Position numbers and translations under genes: made by a program
Source: Fidelibacterota bacterium
Lineage (GTDB): Bacteria; Fidelibacterota; UBA2242; JAOZSR01
Assembly: GCA_029939575.1 (NCBI GenBank)
Contig: JAOZSR010000005.1
Span: forward strand, 9,997 to 73,996
DNA length: 64,000 bases
Direction of reading: 5' to 3'
Shown here: in pieces, positions 28,745 to 37,535 of the stretch
Position numbering within the stretch: the first letter of the stretch is position 1
How the letters are laid out: the number at the start of each line of letters is the position of its first letter
Notes under the pieces: generated by a model
Database searches by the model: none
Seen by the model: only the letters and a program-made list of their open reading frames with translations
Told to the model about the DNA's origin: nothing

Positions 28745-31700
28745 ATGAAAAAAAATATTCTTAGTTTACTGATAATATTAACAGTTACAGTTGGGTTATA
28801 TGCCAACAATCCTGTGAATAATATAAAATTATCCTTTTTGAATAAAAAAACAGTTTCAAAGCAAGTCGCTAAAAATTTGAGAAGCATCAAAATTTGCGCC
28901 CTGAGAGTTTCTTTTCAGAGTGATGAAAATGATGGTACTACCGGTGATGGTGATTTTCTGAAAAATGAAATTACCGATACATTATGTAATAATATCTGGA
29001 TAGACCCTCCTCCTCATAATCGCAGTTATTTTAAAGCACATATTAAATCTCTTTCAAACTATTATAAACAGGTTTCCAGGGGTAATTTTAATATTGACAC
29101 AATGAATTCGGAGATATTTCCTCTTGAAGAGAATAAAAGTTTTCAACTTTCCCATAAAATGGATTATTATCACCCATTTTTAGAGAAAGATTCAATTGAT
29201 GTGAGATTAGCCAGGCTTTTTACTGAATCTATTATTTTAGCCGATTCAGACATTAATTATTCTGATTATGACCTTGTAGTTATATTTCATGCCGGTGTTG
29301 GACAGGACTTTTCCATTCAACTTGACCCTACTCCTTATGATATTCCTTCTGCTTATATGAATATTAATGATATTCGACTTGGAATGAACTCTGACAATGA
29401 TGATCTCCCAGGAATTTCAGTTGATAATGGAAGTCATTTGATCTCAGATGGAATTATTTTACCGGAAAGTCAAAATCATTTGATCTATGACAATTGGGAA
29501 GATGTTTTTGGTAGTTCTGCTAATCCCTGTGAATACCAGATGGGATTGAATGGTACTTTTGCTTTTATGGTTGGATTTTATTTAGGATTACCCGGATTAT
29601 ATGATACTAATACCGGTGATACCGGGATTGGAAAATTTGGTCTGATGGATCAGGGTTCAGCAAATTTGAATGGTCTGGCAGCCGCTGTTCCTACTGCCTG
29701 GTCAAGATATTTTTTGGGATGGGTTGAGCCTGTAGTTGCCGGATCTTTCCAGGAAGTTAGTCTGCACCATGCAGAATCAAATTCTGATACTTTAATGTGG
29801 AAGATCCCAATTAATAATCATGAGTATTTCCTGGTTGAAAATCGCTATGCAAATGTGAGACCCGGAGTCAGTCTTGACAGTATTCAATATAGAATTTATG
29901 TGGAAAATGGTGAAGATGAATGGCCTCCATTATTACCATTGATCAAAGACTCGGCAAACACAGAATTTTGTGAAGAAACCGGTGTTCTAATGTCAATGGA
30001 AAACTATGATGTCGGTTTACCGGGATCTGGTTTGCTAATCTGGCATATTGACGAAAATATTATTAATGCAAACCTGTCTGACAATACTGTAAATGTAGAT
30101 AAAGAAAATCGCGGTGTTGATCTGGAAGAAGGAGATGGAGCACAGGATTTGGGTTATCCTGCTATGATGTTTGGCTCACCTGTTGATATTGGTTGGTTTT
30201 TTGACCCGTGGTTTGCCGGGAATGATGGTTTCTGGGAATTAAATCCTGATTTTCCTGAAGATAGCATTAAAAGTGTATCTTTTACGGATTATTCTAATCC
30301 TTCATCCAGAGCAAATGATTTAACTAATACCGGAATTAAGATCGAAAAAATCGGGCATGCAGGCAAAATAATGAATTTTGTAATTTCAAGAGAAAATAAT
30401 GTTGATAATTATCCTCTTGCCACTAATTTTCCAAATGCTCACATAACCGGATGTGATCTGGATGATACAGATAATTCCGAAGAATTTATCCTGATTACCG
30501 ATTCACTTTACCTTTACAATAGTTTAGGTGAATTATATACAAAAACTTCCCTGGCAATTCCCACTGATAGTCTATGTTGGTCAAAAGGTCTTGTTGTTAA
30601 TAATGATGACAAAAATTTACTTTTTCTTTTTTCCCGAAAAATTGACTCTACCAGCGTAATTAGTTACTGGGAAGTAAGTGAAACTGATATAAACTTAATA
30701 AAATGTGTATTTATCGGTGATATTCGATTAACCGGAAATTTATTTCCACGAGTTAATGAAATACTTTTTGGGGGATTTGATTCTGAAAATAAACTTTTCA
30801 GTTATTCCCTGATTGAACATACTTTTAAACCGGTTAACAACAACTATAAAATTGGACATATTGCAGGTATGGAAAATAAGACATTTGCTATTGCCGATGA
30901 TAATATTTTGGTAACTATTGACGGTGATTATCAAATTGATGAGATTGAAGAATTACCCGGTTTAAGCAATAATATTGTAGTTGGTTACATTAATGAAAAT
31001 AACAGCCCTGATATAGTTGTTAGCAGTGACAATTCTATAATACTTTTTACTGATCCACTAACCGAAGAAATGAATAAAATCAGCAGAATTTCTGATTTTT
31101 CAGGTAGATATCCGATTTTGTCTGATATTGATGCTGATGGACGGGTTGAAATTATTGTCAGAGATAGTTTAAGAATTTTTTCCTTAAATGAAAATTTAGT
31201 TATTGAAGAAAACTTTCCTGTTACTATTCCAAATATTTATAGTACTAAATATTTTAATTCTCTGTTATTTACAACTGATATTGATGGTGATGGTGTTTTG
31301 GATATTGTTACTAATATTCAGGATGTAGGGACTGTGTCCTATGATTATAAAGGAAATATGGTAGAAAATTTTCCACTTGTTTTTGCAAATCATAACAAGT
31401 TTGACCAGATTTTAATCAATTCTTCAAATGGAGTATATAACCTGGCAATAAATAATGATAACCGGGAATTAATTTGTCAAAAAATTTCTGATGAATATTT
31501 ATCAGAAAATTCCTGGAATGCCTTTGGTGGAAATAAGATAAATAATTTTTATTATAGTCCGATTTCGGGAAATACTCTATCATTATCAGGTGAACTTCTA
31601 AATAAGCAAAAAACCTTTAACTGGCCAAATCCGGTAAAAGGAACAAATGTGACATTTATCAGGTATTATACTGAAAAAGATTGTGAAATTGATATTGACA

Positions 31701-31882
31701 TTTTTGATTTAGCTGGTGATTTTATAACCTCCTTTCATGATTCAAATCCAAAAATTGCTGAGTACAATGAGAAAAAATGGAATGTTTCCGGAGTAGAGAG
31801 TGGAGTTTATTTTGCAGTTGTCAAAGCAATTTCCGGATCAGAAACAGAGACAAAAATTGTTAAAATAATGGTTATAAAATAA
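28745..31882 (+). CDS. M6 (immune inhibitor A)-like pseudo-metalloprotease with FG-GAP-like repeats and T9SS-type C-terminal sorting domain
   Basis: IFHAGVGQD, GTFAFMVGFYLGLPGLYD (no HExxH), EYFLVENR, GLLIWHID, DIDADG/DIDGDG, NWPNP..IFDLAG..SGVYF..KIVKIMVIK. Confidence 0.78.
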   Translation: MKKNILSLLIILTVTVGLYANNPVNNIKLSFLNKKTVSKQVAKNLRSIKICALRVSFQSDENDGTTGDGDFLKNEITDTLCNNIWIDPPPHNRSYFKAHIKSLSNYYKQVSRGNFNIDTMNSEIFPLEENKSFQLSHKMDYYHPFLEKDSIDVRLARLFTESIILADSDINYSDYDLVVIFHAGVGQDFSIQLDPTPYDIPSAYMNINDIRLGMNSDNDDLPGISVDNGSHLISDGIILPESQNHLIYDNWEDVFGSSANPCEYQMGLNGTFAFMVGFYLGLPGLYDTNTGDTGIGKFGLMDQGSANLNGLAAAVPTAWSRYFLGWVEPVVAGSFQEVSLHHAESNSDTLMWKIPINNHEYFLVENRYANVRPGVSLDSIQYRIYVENGEDEWPPLLPLIKDSANTEFCEETGVLMSMENYDVGLPGSGLLIWHIDENIINANLSDNTVNVDKENRGVDLEEGDGAQDLGYPAMMFGSPVDIGWFFDPWFAGNDGFWELNPDFPEDSIKSVSFTDYSNPSSRANDLTNTGIKIEKIGHAGKIMNFVISRENNVDNYPLATNFPNAHITGCDLDDTDNSEEFILITDSLYLYNSLGELYTKTSLAIPTDSLCWSKGLVVNNDDKNLLFLFSRKIDSTSVISYWEVSETDINLIKCVFIGDIRLTGNLFPRVNEILFGGFDSENKLFSYSLIEHTFKPVNNNYKIGHIAGMENKTFAIADDNILVTIDGDYQIDEIEELPGLSNNIVVGYINENNSPDIVVSSDNSIILFTDPLTEEMNKISRISDFSGRYPILSDIDADGRVEIIVRDSLRIFSLNENLVIEENFPVTIPNIYSTKYFNSLLFTTDIDGDGVLDIVTNIQDVGTVSYDYKGNMVENFPLVFANHNKFDQILINSSNGVYNLAINNDNRELICQKISDEYLSENSWNAFGGNKINNFYYSPISGNTLSLSGELLNKQKTFNWPNPVKGTNVTFIRYYTEKDCEIDIDIFDLAGDFITSFHDSNPKIAEYNEKKWNVSGVESGVYFAVVKAISGSETETKIVKIMVIK

Positions 31883-31883
31883 T

Positions 31884-34800
31884 ATGAATATATTAAAAAG
31901 ACACGTATTATGCGTTTTACTCATAATCTTAATAATAATTCCGGCAAATAGTTTTGCACAATTTTCAATTTTTAGATATAATCATCCGGAATTAGAGTGG
32001 AAAACATTTGAAACAAAACATTTTAGTGTTCATTATCATGAAGGTGCAGAATGGACAGCACAACAAAGTGCTGAGATCGCTGAGTCGATTTATGAACCTG
32101 TTACATCATATTATGATTTTCAACCTGATAAAAAAACTGATTTAGTTATCAAAGATACTGATGATGTTTCCAACGGAGCAGCATATTATTATGATAATAA
32201 AATAGAAATATGGGCTTCACCTTTAAATTTTTTATTACGCGGGAATCACAGCTGGTTACGTGATGTAATCACCCATGAATTTTCTCATATTGTATCACTT
32301 CAAAAGGGGATGAAATTTTCCCGTAATATACCGGGATTTTACTTCCAGGCAATTGGTTATGAAAAAGAAAAAAGAGATGATGTGATCTATGGTTACCCTT
32401 CGATTATCGCCTCTTATCCGATGCCCGGTTTGGTGATACCTATGTGGCTGGCCGAAGGAATTGCACAAAATATGTACCCTGGTTGCGGAAATGATCTCTG
32501 GGATACACATAGAGATATGTTAATGAGAGACAGAGCTTTATATGACAATATCCTTTCTCTTAACCAAATGGGCTCGTTTGGGAAACGGGGAATAGGAAAT
32601 GAAACTGTTTATAATCAGGGATATGCATTTGTACGTTATTTAAATAAGAGATTTGGAGATAATATTTGTCCTGATTTAATGGATAGAATATCGACACCAT
32701 TGCAAATTTCTATTAGTAATGCTCTAAAAAAAGAGACAGGGATTTCCGGATATAAAATTCATGAAGAGTGGAAAAAACAAATAACAGATAATTATAATGA
32801 ATTAACAAAAACTATCCGGGAGAATTCTGTTATTGGGGATATTTTGGAAAAAGGTGCTACTACCCAGATTTATCCTCAATGGTCTGGAGATTCTTTATTA
32901 TATTTTCTCTCCAATAAAGGGATGGATTCATTTTATTATACATCTCTTTATGTTTATAATACTAAAACTCAAAAGTCTGAATTAATAAAAGAAAATGTTC
33001 GTTCCAGGGTTTCTCCTTCACCGGATGGGAAATATATTTATTATTCAAGAAAAAGTTTACCAAACAAAGTCGGGTCAATATTTTATGACATTTATCGCTT
33101 GAATCTTGTTGACAAAGAAGAGGAACAGATTACTTTTTTTCGCCGGGCAATAAACCCTATACTTTCTCCCTGTGGAGAAAAAATTGTTTTTGTTACGATT
33201 AAAGATGGAAATTCAAATCTTGTAATCAGGAACCTTGATGAAGAAGGAAAAGAAACTGTTATAACTGATTTTTCTAATGGTGAACAACTTTTTGCTGCAA
33301 ATTTTTCACCTGATGGTAAAAAAATTGTCTTTGATTATTCTATAAATCATGGGCGTGATATTTTTGTTTATGAAATTGAATCGGAAAAAATCAGTTTGTT
33401 GGTTAATGGAGATTACGATTCACGTAATCCTTTTTATAGTCCTGATGGGAAATGGCTTTATTATTCATCTGACCAAACCGGAATTTTTAATATTTATCGC
33501 AAATCACTTGATAATAGCGAAACGCAACTTCTTACAAATGTACTTGGTGGGGCTTTTATGCCAACTGTAAATGAACAAGGAGTTTTGTGCTTTTCCCTTT
33601 TTAATGAATCAGAATATAGAATAAGTGTTTTGGAGAATCCCAAACCCTTAGATATTAGTCTATCCAGATATAAACCTGAGTATAAGGAAAATATTCCTGA
33701 AATGTCATATGTTGCTTCATTAAATAATTTAGAGGAAACAAAGTATAAAGACCGCTTTTCCAAATATTTTTTAATGCCGAAATTAATGCTTGATTATGGA
33801 ACTGTAAAACCGGGGTTGTATTTTTTTTCTAATGAAATAATAGACAGGTTTAATGTTTTTGGAGCAATTGCCGGAAATATACAAGGTGACAAAGACCTGG
33901 CAATGTTAGTTGAATATCATCAATGGACACCAACTTTTTATTTTGAAATTTATAGTATGAGTCGCAGTAAATTTGGTATCCAGGATACTATTAGTTCTTA
34001 TCCAATAGAATTTGATTATACATTTCATCTAATCCAATCTGTACTGGGTGCGTCATTGCCATCAAAAGGATTTAACAAATTTCGTTTTGATATGATATTA
34101 TCTAAGTTTCGTACTGCCACGGATGAAAGAATTCCAGAAGAAGGTATTTATCAAAATGGTTTTACTTATGATTATTATAAGGGTATAAATTTTAAACTTG
34201 ACTGGATTTTTAAAAAAATAATGTATTCGGTTAACCAGGAAACTAATCCAAATAACGGGATGCAGATAACAACTAGTATTTACAGAAATTATGACCGTTT
34301 CATTGAGGGTTTTGATGTTAATGGAAGTTATGGAACTTTGGAAACTCAATTTAGCAAAAATTATTATTGGAAATTAGAGCAGGAAGGTGTTGTGCATCAT
34401 AAGATACCTGTTATTTCGGATTTGATTGGGAATTTTAAATGGAAAGCCGGTTGGATATCAAATCGGAATATTGATTCATTCTTCAATTTTTTCGGTGGAG
34501 GATTACCTGGTTTGCGTGGATATCCTTTTTATAGTATTGAGGGTAGAAACCTTTTGAGTTTTCATTATACATTGAGGTATCCGATATTTTTAGAAAAGGA
34601 TATTCAGATAGGACCTTTTAATTTGCAGAATAGTATTTTGGGGCTATTTGTTGAATCCGGAAATGCCTTTGATGATATTCAGGGTTATCCTGATTTGAAA
34701 TGGGATGAATTTAAATCGTCACCAATAGATGTGATTTCAAATATTGGGAAAGATTTTAAAAGTGATGTTGGGATTGAATTAAAATTTAGTGGCTTTTCTT

Positions 34801-34937
34801 TTTATGCCTATCCGACAGCTATTAGTTTTGATTGTGTTTATGGATTGGATAAATTCAAAATTGAAGACAATCAATATCAGCAATTGGAATATGGTAGAGA
34901 ATGGCGAACATATTTGACAATTTTATTTGGTTTATAA
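31884..34937 (+). CDS. MA-clan metallopeptidase plus PD40/TolB propeller plus Omp85(BamA/TamA)-like barrel
   Basis: THEFSH, WLAEG, repeated SPDGK, GGLPGLRGY loop-6 motif, C-terminal YLTILFGL. Confidence 0.78.
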   Translation: MNILKRHVLCVLLIILIIIPANSFAQFSIFRYNHPELEWKTFETKHFSVHYHEGAEWTAQQSAEIAESIYEPVTSYYDFQPDKKTDLVIKDTDDVSNGAAYYYDNKIEIWASPLNFLLRGNHSWLRDVITHEFSHIVSLQKGMKFSRNIPGFYFQAIGYEKEKRDDVIYGYPSIIASYPMPGLVIPMWLAEGIAQNMYPGCGNDLWDTHRDMLMRDRALYDNILSLNQMGSFGKRGIGNETVYNQGYAFVRYLNKRFGDNICPDLMDRISTPLQISISNALKKETGISGYKIHEEWKKQITDNYNELTKTIRENSVIGDILEKGATTQIYPQWSGDSLLYFLSNKGMDSFYYTSLYVYNTKTQKSELIKENVRSRVSPSPDGKYIYYSRKSLPNKVGSIFYDIYRLNLVDKEEEQITFFRRAINPILSPCGEKIVFVTIKDGNSNLVIRNLDEEGKETVITDFSNGEQLFAANFSPDGKKIVFDYSINHGRDIFVYEIESEKISLLVNGDYDSRNPFYSPDGKWLYYSSDQTGIFNIYRKSLDNSETQLLTNVLGGAFMPTVNEQGVLCFSLFNESEYRISVLENPKPLDISLSRYKPEYKENIPEMSYVASLNNLEETKYKDRFSKYFLMPKLMLDYGTVKPGLYFFSNEIIDRFNVFGAIAGNIQGDKDLAMLVEYHQWTPTFYFEIYSMSRSKFGIQDTISSYPIEFDYTFHLIQSVLGASLPSKGFNKFRFDMILSKFRTATDERIPEEGIYQNGFTYDYYKGINFKLDWIFKKIMYSVNQETNPNNGMQITTSIYRNYDRFIEGFDVNGSYGTLETQFSKNYYWKLEQEGVVHHKIPVISDLIGNFKWKAGWISNRNIDSFFNFFGGGLPGLRGYPFYSIEGRNLLSFHYTLRYPIFLEKDIQIGPFNLQNSILGLFVESGNAFDDIQGYPDLKWDEFKSSPIDVISNIGKDFKSDVGIELKFSGFSFYAYPTAISFDCVYGLDKFKIEDNQYQQLEYGREWRTYLTILFGL

Positions 34938-34951
34938 TGGAGGTATAGATA

Positions 34952-35860
34952 ATGAAAAAAAATAATTTTAAAATATTTGGGATAATTTTCTTATTATCTG
35001 CAATTGGATTTGGACAGGTGATGAGTAGCGGATCTGTTCTGCAACCATCATCTGAACAAAGTATGCTGCTTGGTTCTATAAAATATGGAAGAATGCAGGA
35101 TGAATTCAAAGCTGATAGTATTGATTTTACTTATGAAAAATCTCCCGGATTAGCATTTTTAATGTCAATAGTGCTTCCCGGAGCCGGAGAATTCTATTCC
35201 GGAAAAAAAATGCGGGCATTAGGTTTTTTTGGAGCAGAGGCATTATTTTGGGCAGGATATTTTTCTCAGAAAAATAAAGGACAGAATATCAAAGATAAAT
35301 ATGAAAATTATGCTGATGAAAATTGGAGCCTGGCTGAATGGCTTACTATAAGTAATACCAATGACTATTCTTTTTGTGGGATAGAAGGATCACATAGCAT
35401 TTGGGTTGAATATAATAACAATGCTTATATGGCTAATGATTCACTGGAATTTTACACAGGCAAAAATACATTTGAATTGATTAATCTTGCAGAAAACGGA
35501 CAACTTACACCTGTAAAAACCAGGGATTATTATGAAAATATTGGGAAATACCACCAGTTTTCCTGCGGATGGGATGATTTTAAAGATTTTCATAGTGTTG
35601 GTGATACTGTATGTGTTGTATCAGATAACCGGGATTATTATCTTTCAGAAAGAGAAAAATCTAACAAATCTTTGAAAATGGCAACTAATTTTGCCACTGC
35701 TGTTATGTTTAATCATTTATTTAGCGCCCTGCATGCCCAGATAGCAGCAAAACAATATCGATCGGAAGAAGCCAGCAAAGTAAGTTGGGATATGGGATTA
35801 ATGACAGATGTCCGGTATAAAAATTTCGTTCGCGGAGTTAAATTTTCATTACTTTTTTAG
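34952..35860 (+). CDS. Exported DUF5683-like hypothetical protein
   Basis: Signal peptide, KSPGLAFLMSIVLPGAGEFY hairpin, C-terminal GVKFSLLF. Confidence 0.55.
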   Translation: MKKNNFKIFGIIFLLSAIGFGQVMSSGSVLQPSSEQSMLLGSIKYGRMQDEFKADSIDFTYEKSPGLAFLMSIVLPGAGEFYSGKKMRALGFFGAEALFWAGYFSQKNKGQNIKDKYENYADENWSLAEWLTISNTNDYSFCGIEGSHSIWVEYNNNAYMANDSLEFYTGKNTFELINLAENGQLTPVKTRDYYENIGKYHQFSCGWDDFKDFHSVGDTVCVVSDNRDYYLSEREKSNKSLKMATNFATAVMFNHLFSALHAQIAAKQYRSEEASKVSWDMGLMTDVRYKNFVRGVKFSLLF

Positions 35861-35933
35861 TTTGAAAAATTATTAGAGTGAAAATATTTTACTTTTATAA
35901 TAGATAAAAAAAATTGACAATAGGAGAAATAGA

Positions 35934-36770
35934 GTGAAATTTGATAAATTGAAATTTATCTGCTTAACTTTACTATTATTGATATTAACAGGATGTGGTT
36001 CTAAACAACCGGAACTATATAATGATTATTCAAAGTATTTTGAAGAAGGCGAAATTGCTTTTAAGAAAAAGAAATATGAAAAAGCGATTGAAAAATTTAG
36101 CATGGTTATTTTAAACAGCCCGGGTGGTGATCTGGCTGATGATTCACAATTTTATCTTGGCGAATGTTATTTTCAAAAGAAAGAATACTTGCTGGCAATT
36201 TCGGAATATGAACAATTAATTCAGCGTTATTCTTATAGTCCTCTGGTGGAAGAATCATATTACAAAATCGCGATTTCTTATATCAATCATGCTCCAAAAT
36301 ATCAATTGGATCAGGAAAGTACTCATAAGGCATTCCAGAGATTACAGGAGTTTGTAGATACTTTTCCACATAGTAAATTTTTACCGGATGCTGAGATTAA
36401 AATAGAGGAAGTACGAAATAAGCTTGCCAGAAAATTGTATGAAAGTGGACGCCTTTATCGGAAATTAAATGAATATAATTCAGCAATTATATATTTTGAT
36501 AAAATGTTGAAAAAATATTATGATACTGATTGGGCATATTTAGCCAAGGTGGAAAAAGCCCGTTGTTTAATCCAATTGAGAAAGTTTGAAGAATATCAAA
36601 AACTTTATGCCAAAGTTAATAGAGAAAAAGATGAAATTATAAACAGCCAGGATTCAAAGTTAAAATCCTTAATAAATCCCGGCGAAAAAATTGAATTATT
36701 AGATAAATTATATAAAAAAGAACTTGCTGAAATCGAAAAAGAAAAGAAAAAAACGGAAAAACGTTGGTAA
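35934..36770 (+). CDS. bamD: Outer membrane protein assembly factor BamD
   Basis: Lipobox ILTGC, TPRs, YQLDQEST, RNKLARKLYESGRLY. Confidence 0.88.
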   Translation: MKFDKLKFICLTLLLLILTGCGSKQPELYNDYSKYFEEGEIAFKKKKYEKAIEKFSMVILNSPGGDLADDSQFYLGECYFQKKEYLLAISEYEQLIQRYSYSPLVEESYYKIAISYINHAPKYQLDQESTHKAFQRLQEFVDTFPHSKFLPDAEIKIEEVRNKLARKLYESGRLYRKLNEYNSAIIYFDKMLKKYYDTDWAYLAKVEKARCLIQLRKFEEYQKLYAKVNREKDEIINSQDSKLKSLINPGEKIELLDKLYKKELAEIEKEKKKTEKRW

Positions 36771-37354
36771 ATATTTGTCTTTTCGGTGGAACATTTGATC
36801 CACCTCATTTTGCCCATTTATCTCTTGCTGAAACAGTTTTAAGAACTACAGTAGTTGATAAGGTGGTTTTTATACCTGCTTTTTTACCTCCTCATAAATC
36901 AAACAAATCCTATTCTAATATTCAACATCGGATAAATATGCTTGATCTTGCCCTGGAAAATCGGGATGAGTTTGAGATTTCTGAAATTGAATCTGAAAGA
37001 AAGGGAAAGTCGTATACTGTCGATACACTTAAAGAATATCAGAAACAATTCAATATTAAAAAGGAAAATCTTTTTTTTTTAATAGGAAGTGATAGCCTGG
37101 TAAATTTTCATGCCTGGAGAAAACCGGATGAAATATTAAACCTGGCTCAAATACTTGTTGTACTTAGGCCCACTTTTTCTAAAAATAGTGTTGATTCTCA
37201 ACTTTTAAAACAGGTTAAATTTCTGGATTCCCCTCTATCAGATATTTCTTCCAGCATGATTCGGCAATATCTAAAAGCAGGAAGATCGGTTAAACATTTG
37301 ATTCCTGAAAAAGTGCTGACTTATATCCGCCGAAATGAATTGTACACATTCTAA
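36764..37354 (+). CDS. nadD: Nicotinate-nucleotide adenylyltransferase
   Basis: FGGTFDPPHFAH, PPHK, SYTVDTL, FLIGSDS, ISSSMIR. Confidence 0.95.
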   Translation: MVNICLFGGTFDPPHFAHLSLAETVLRTTVVDKVVFIPAFLPPHKSNKSYSNIQHRINMLDLALENRDEFEISEIESERKGKSYTVDTLKEYQKQFNIKKENLFFLIGSDSLVNFHAWRKPDEILNLAQILVVLRPTFSKNSVDSQLLKQVKFLDSPLSDISSSMIRQYLKAGRSVKHLIPEKVLTYIRRNELYTF

Positions 37355-37480
37355 ATAGAGTCAGAAAACCTGTGTTGTTTATGAACTCTTTTGTTAAATT
37401 GCTAACCTGATAAAAATATTGATGTTACCCATTGATTAAACAGATAAATATTCAATGGATTTTCATTACTTTTCCAAATA

Positions 37481-37513
37481 AAAAAAGGCTGTCTTAATCA
37501 GACAGCCTTTTTT
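37481..37513. terminator. Bidirectional rho-independent terminator between nadD and the TonB-dependent receptor
   Basis: Perfect 14-bp inverted repeat AAAAAAGGCTGTCT-taatc-AGACAGCCTTTTTT between convergent genes. Confidence 0.9.
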
Positions 37514-37535
37514 GTAATCTATGGTTTATTTGTAA

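Noticed and set aside
30400-33550. FG-GAP-like and PD40 repeats as possible DNA repeat arrays
   Set aside because: Repeats are at protein level only and diverged in DNA; not CRISPR or tandem repeats
37429-37458. Short inverted repeat CCATTGA...TCAATGG before the main terminator
   Set aside because: 7 bp with a long loop; expected by chance in AT-rich DNA
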